A stretch of 64,000 nt of DNA from positions 17,360,001 through 17,424,000 of the forward strand of contig OZ004609.1 in assembly GCA_963924565.1 (NCBI GenBank). Reading direction: 5' to 3'. This DNA comes from Ascidiella aspersa. Taxonomy: Eukaryota. Below, one piece after another: positions 63,701 through 64,000 of the stretch. Both the position numbers and the translations under genes were made by a program. The number at the start of each line of letters is the position of its first letter. Positions within the stretch are counted from its first letter, which is position 1. The notes beneath the pieces are model-generated. The model ran no database searches and was not told where the DNA came from. It saw only the letters and a list, made by a program, of their open reading frames with translations.

Positions 63701-64000
63701 TAACAATAATAATCAAGCACAGCTCATCATGTAATTGGAATTGTTAATCAACGTTTCGGCAACCTATTCGCTTTTTTCAGGTTGAAATGATTTAATTACT
63801 TAGCATTTGCTGTGTAGGGAATAAAAGTGTATCATTATATTGACGTTTAGGCATATACCTGATGTTTCTTAATGAAATATTTTTTTACGATATTATTGCC
63901 TCGTGAACTTCCGCAGCTTCGAGGCGACATTGTGAATGCCCTTTCGGATGCCACCAGTGGAATGACTTCAATTGATAACTTGCAACAGATGACTAGTGCC
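33800..64000 (+). CDS. Polycystin-1/REJ-family (PKD1-like) giant receptor, 3'-partial, ~50 exons: signal peptide, ~15 FN3, PAN, PKD, REJ (with inserted PAN), start of a helical region likely leading into GAIN
   Basis: Signal peptide MHPSLALRLLSLCLVPTVCCG (33800). FN3 exons 34707-52422 show the L..P....V.W...Y / L.P.T.Y...V.A.N..S pattern, mostly bounded by phase-1 introns. PAN at 52494-52850. PKD signature WDFGDG at ~53029. REJ motifs SPLVARIKGGSMR, ESIDPD, FDWFC, NLPPYGGEC, FECRNWKD and VCDMFGE at 53748-61010. The last visible exon starts at 63917 and runs off the window. GPS and TM regions are not visible. Confidence 0.85.
34247..34644. mobile_element. hAT (Charlie-like) MITE
   Basis: Ends cagtggtactcaac / gttcagaaccactg. 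TSD cactagag / cactggag. Confidence 0.8.
36450..36565 (-). mobile_element. Diverged tRNA-like SINE head, related to the 28136-28250 segment
   Basis: The minus strand reads agctcagtaggta (A box) ... gagttcgaattt (B box), followed by gccttgctttgcttaaaacatagg, which resembles gcctgccctgcttacatcatag in the 28.2 kb copy. Confidence 0.55.
36919..37885. mobile_element. Degenerate hAT-type element with a nested TIR element (~37104-37308)
   Basis: Outer ends taggattaccatacg / cggtcagccta. Inner inverted ends cctgattgcattcc / ggaatgcagtcagg, with a similar end (cctgactgcaatcc) at ~58256. Confidence 0.5.
41955..42119. mobile_element. Short hAT-type MITE
   Basis: Ends catgtgttctcaacc / ggttgagaacccctg. 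Confidence 0.6.
43686..43984. repeat. gacttg-repeat-rich MITE remnant
   Basis: Many gacttg/gactgg units ending in ccaacactg, a hAT-like right end. Confidence 0.5.
45716..46052. mobile_element. hAT (Charlie-like) MITE
   Basis: Perfect TIRs cagtgcttcccaacc / ggttgggaagcactg. TSD ctgtggac / ctgtagac. Confidence 0.88.
55718..55833 (-). mobile_element. Truncated second copy of the 27898-28378 element
   Basis: Reverse complement of ~28278-28375, plus an inverted gtacaccgaaagccatca arm. 15-bp TSD aaaatgcagttaatg (55703-55717 and 55834-55848). Confidence 0.8.
57254..59066 (-). CDS. Divergent proteasome activator PA28/11S REG (PSME3-like), ~289 aa, 3 exons (59066-58761, 58111-57785, 57490-57254), nested antisense in an intron of the polycystin-like gene
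   Basis: WVQLQIPAMQDGNNFGVEVQ matches the PA28 activation-loop region (canonical IPRIEDGNNFGV). Also YYLTRADLASK and KNMDKIVCPRSSN. Both introns are phase-0 GT-AG and the ORF is intact. AATAAA on the minus strand at 57179-57174. Confidence 0.88.

Noticed and set aside
33800-64000. Naming the large gene s-Themis, PKD1 or a receptor tyrosine phosphatase
   Set aside because: PKD and REJ motifs argue against an RPTP. No fibrinogen-like nested gene or LRR/C-type lectin domain is seen and the C-terminus is outside the window, so orthology cannot be assigned.

Overview
AT-rich, intron-rich animal genomic DNA with short GT-AG introns and many MITEs. The style suggests an ascidian/tunicate, but that is inference only. 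Four genes were reconstructed by hand from splice sites. (1) SPATA5/AFG2A AAA+ ATPase on the minus strand: 13 exons at 21408-11177, with the last exons beyond the left edge and a >11 kb CpG-rich, enhancer-like intron. (2) A complete GALNT10-like GalNAc-transferase (21739-30298), head-to-head with SPATA5. (3) A very large polycystin-1/REJ-family receptor from 33800 to beyond 64000, with an unusual ectodomain: signal peptide, ~15 FN3 repeats (one carrying a loop with three furin-type sites), PAN/Apple, PKD, and a REJ module with a second PAN domain inserted inside it. (4) A divergent 3-exon PA28/PSME3-like proteasome activator nested antisense in the intron that splits that inserted PAN domain. 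Mobile DNA includes hAT-type MITEs with 8-bp TSDs, a Tc1 transposase relic, a Penelope-like fragment with a minimal hammerhead ribozyme, and a small non-coding element family combining a tRNA-like Pol III promoter with Penelope-style terminal repeats and a fixed 5' inversion point.
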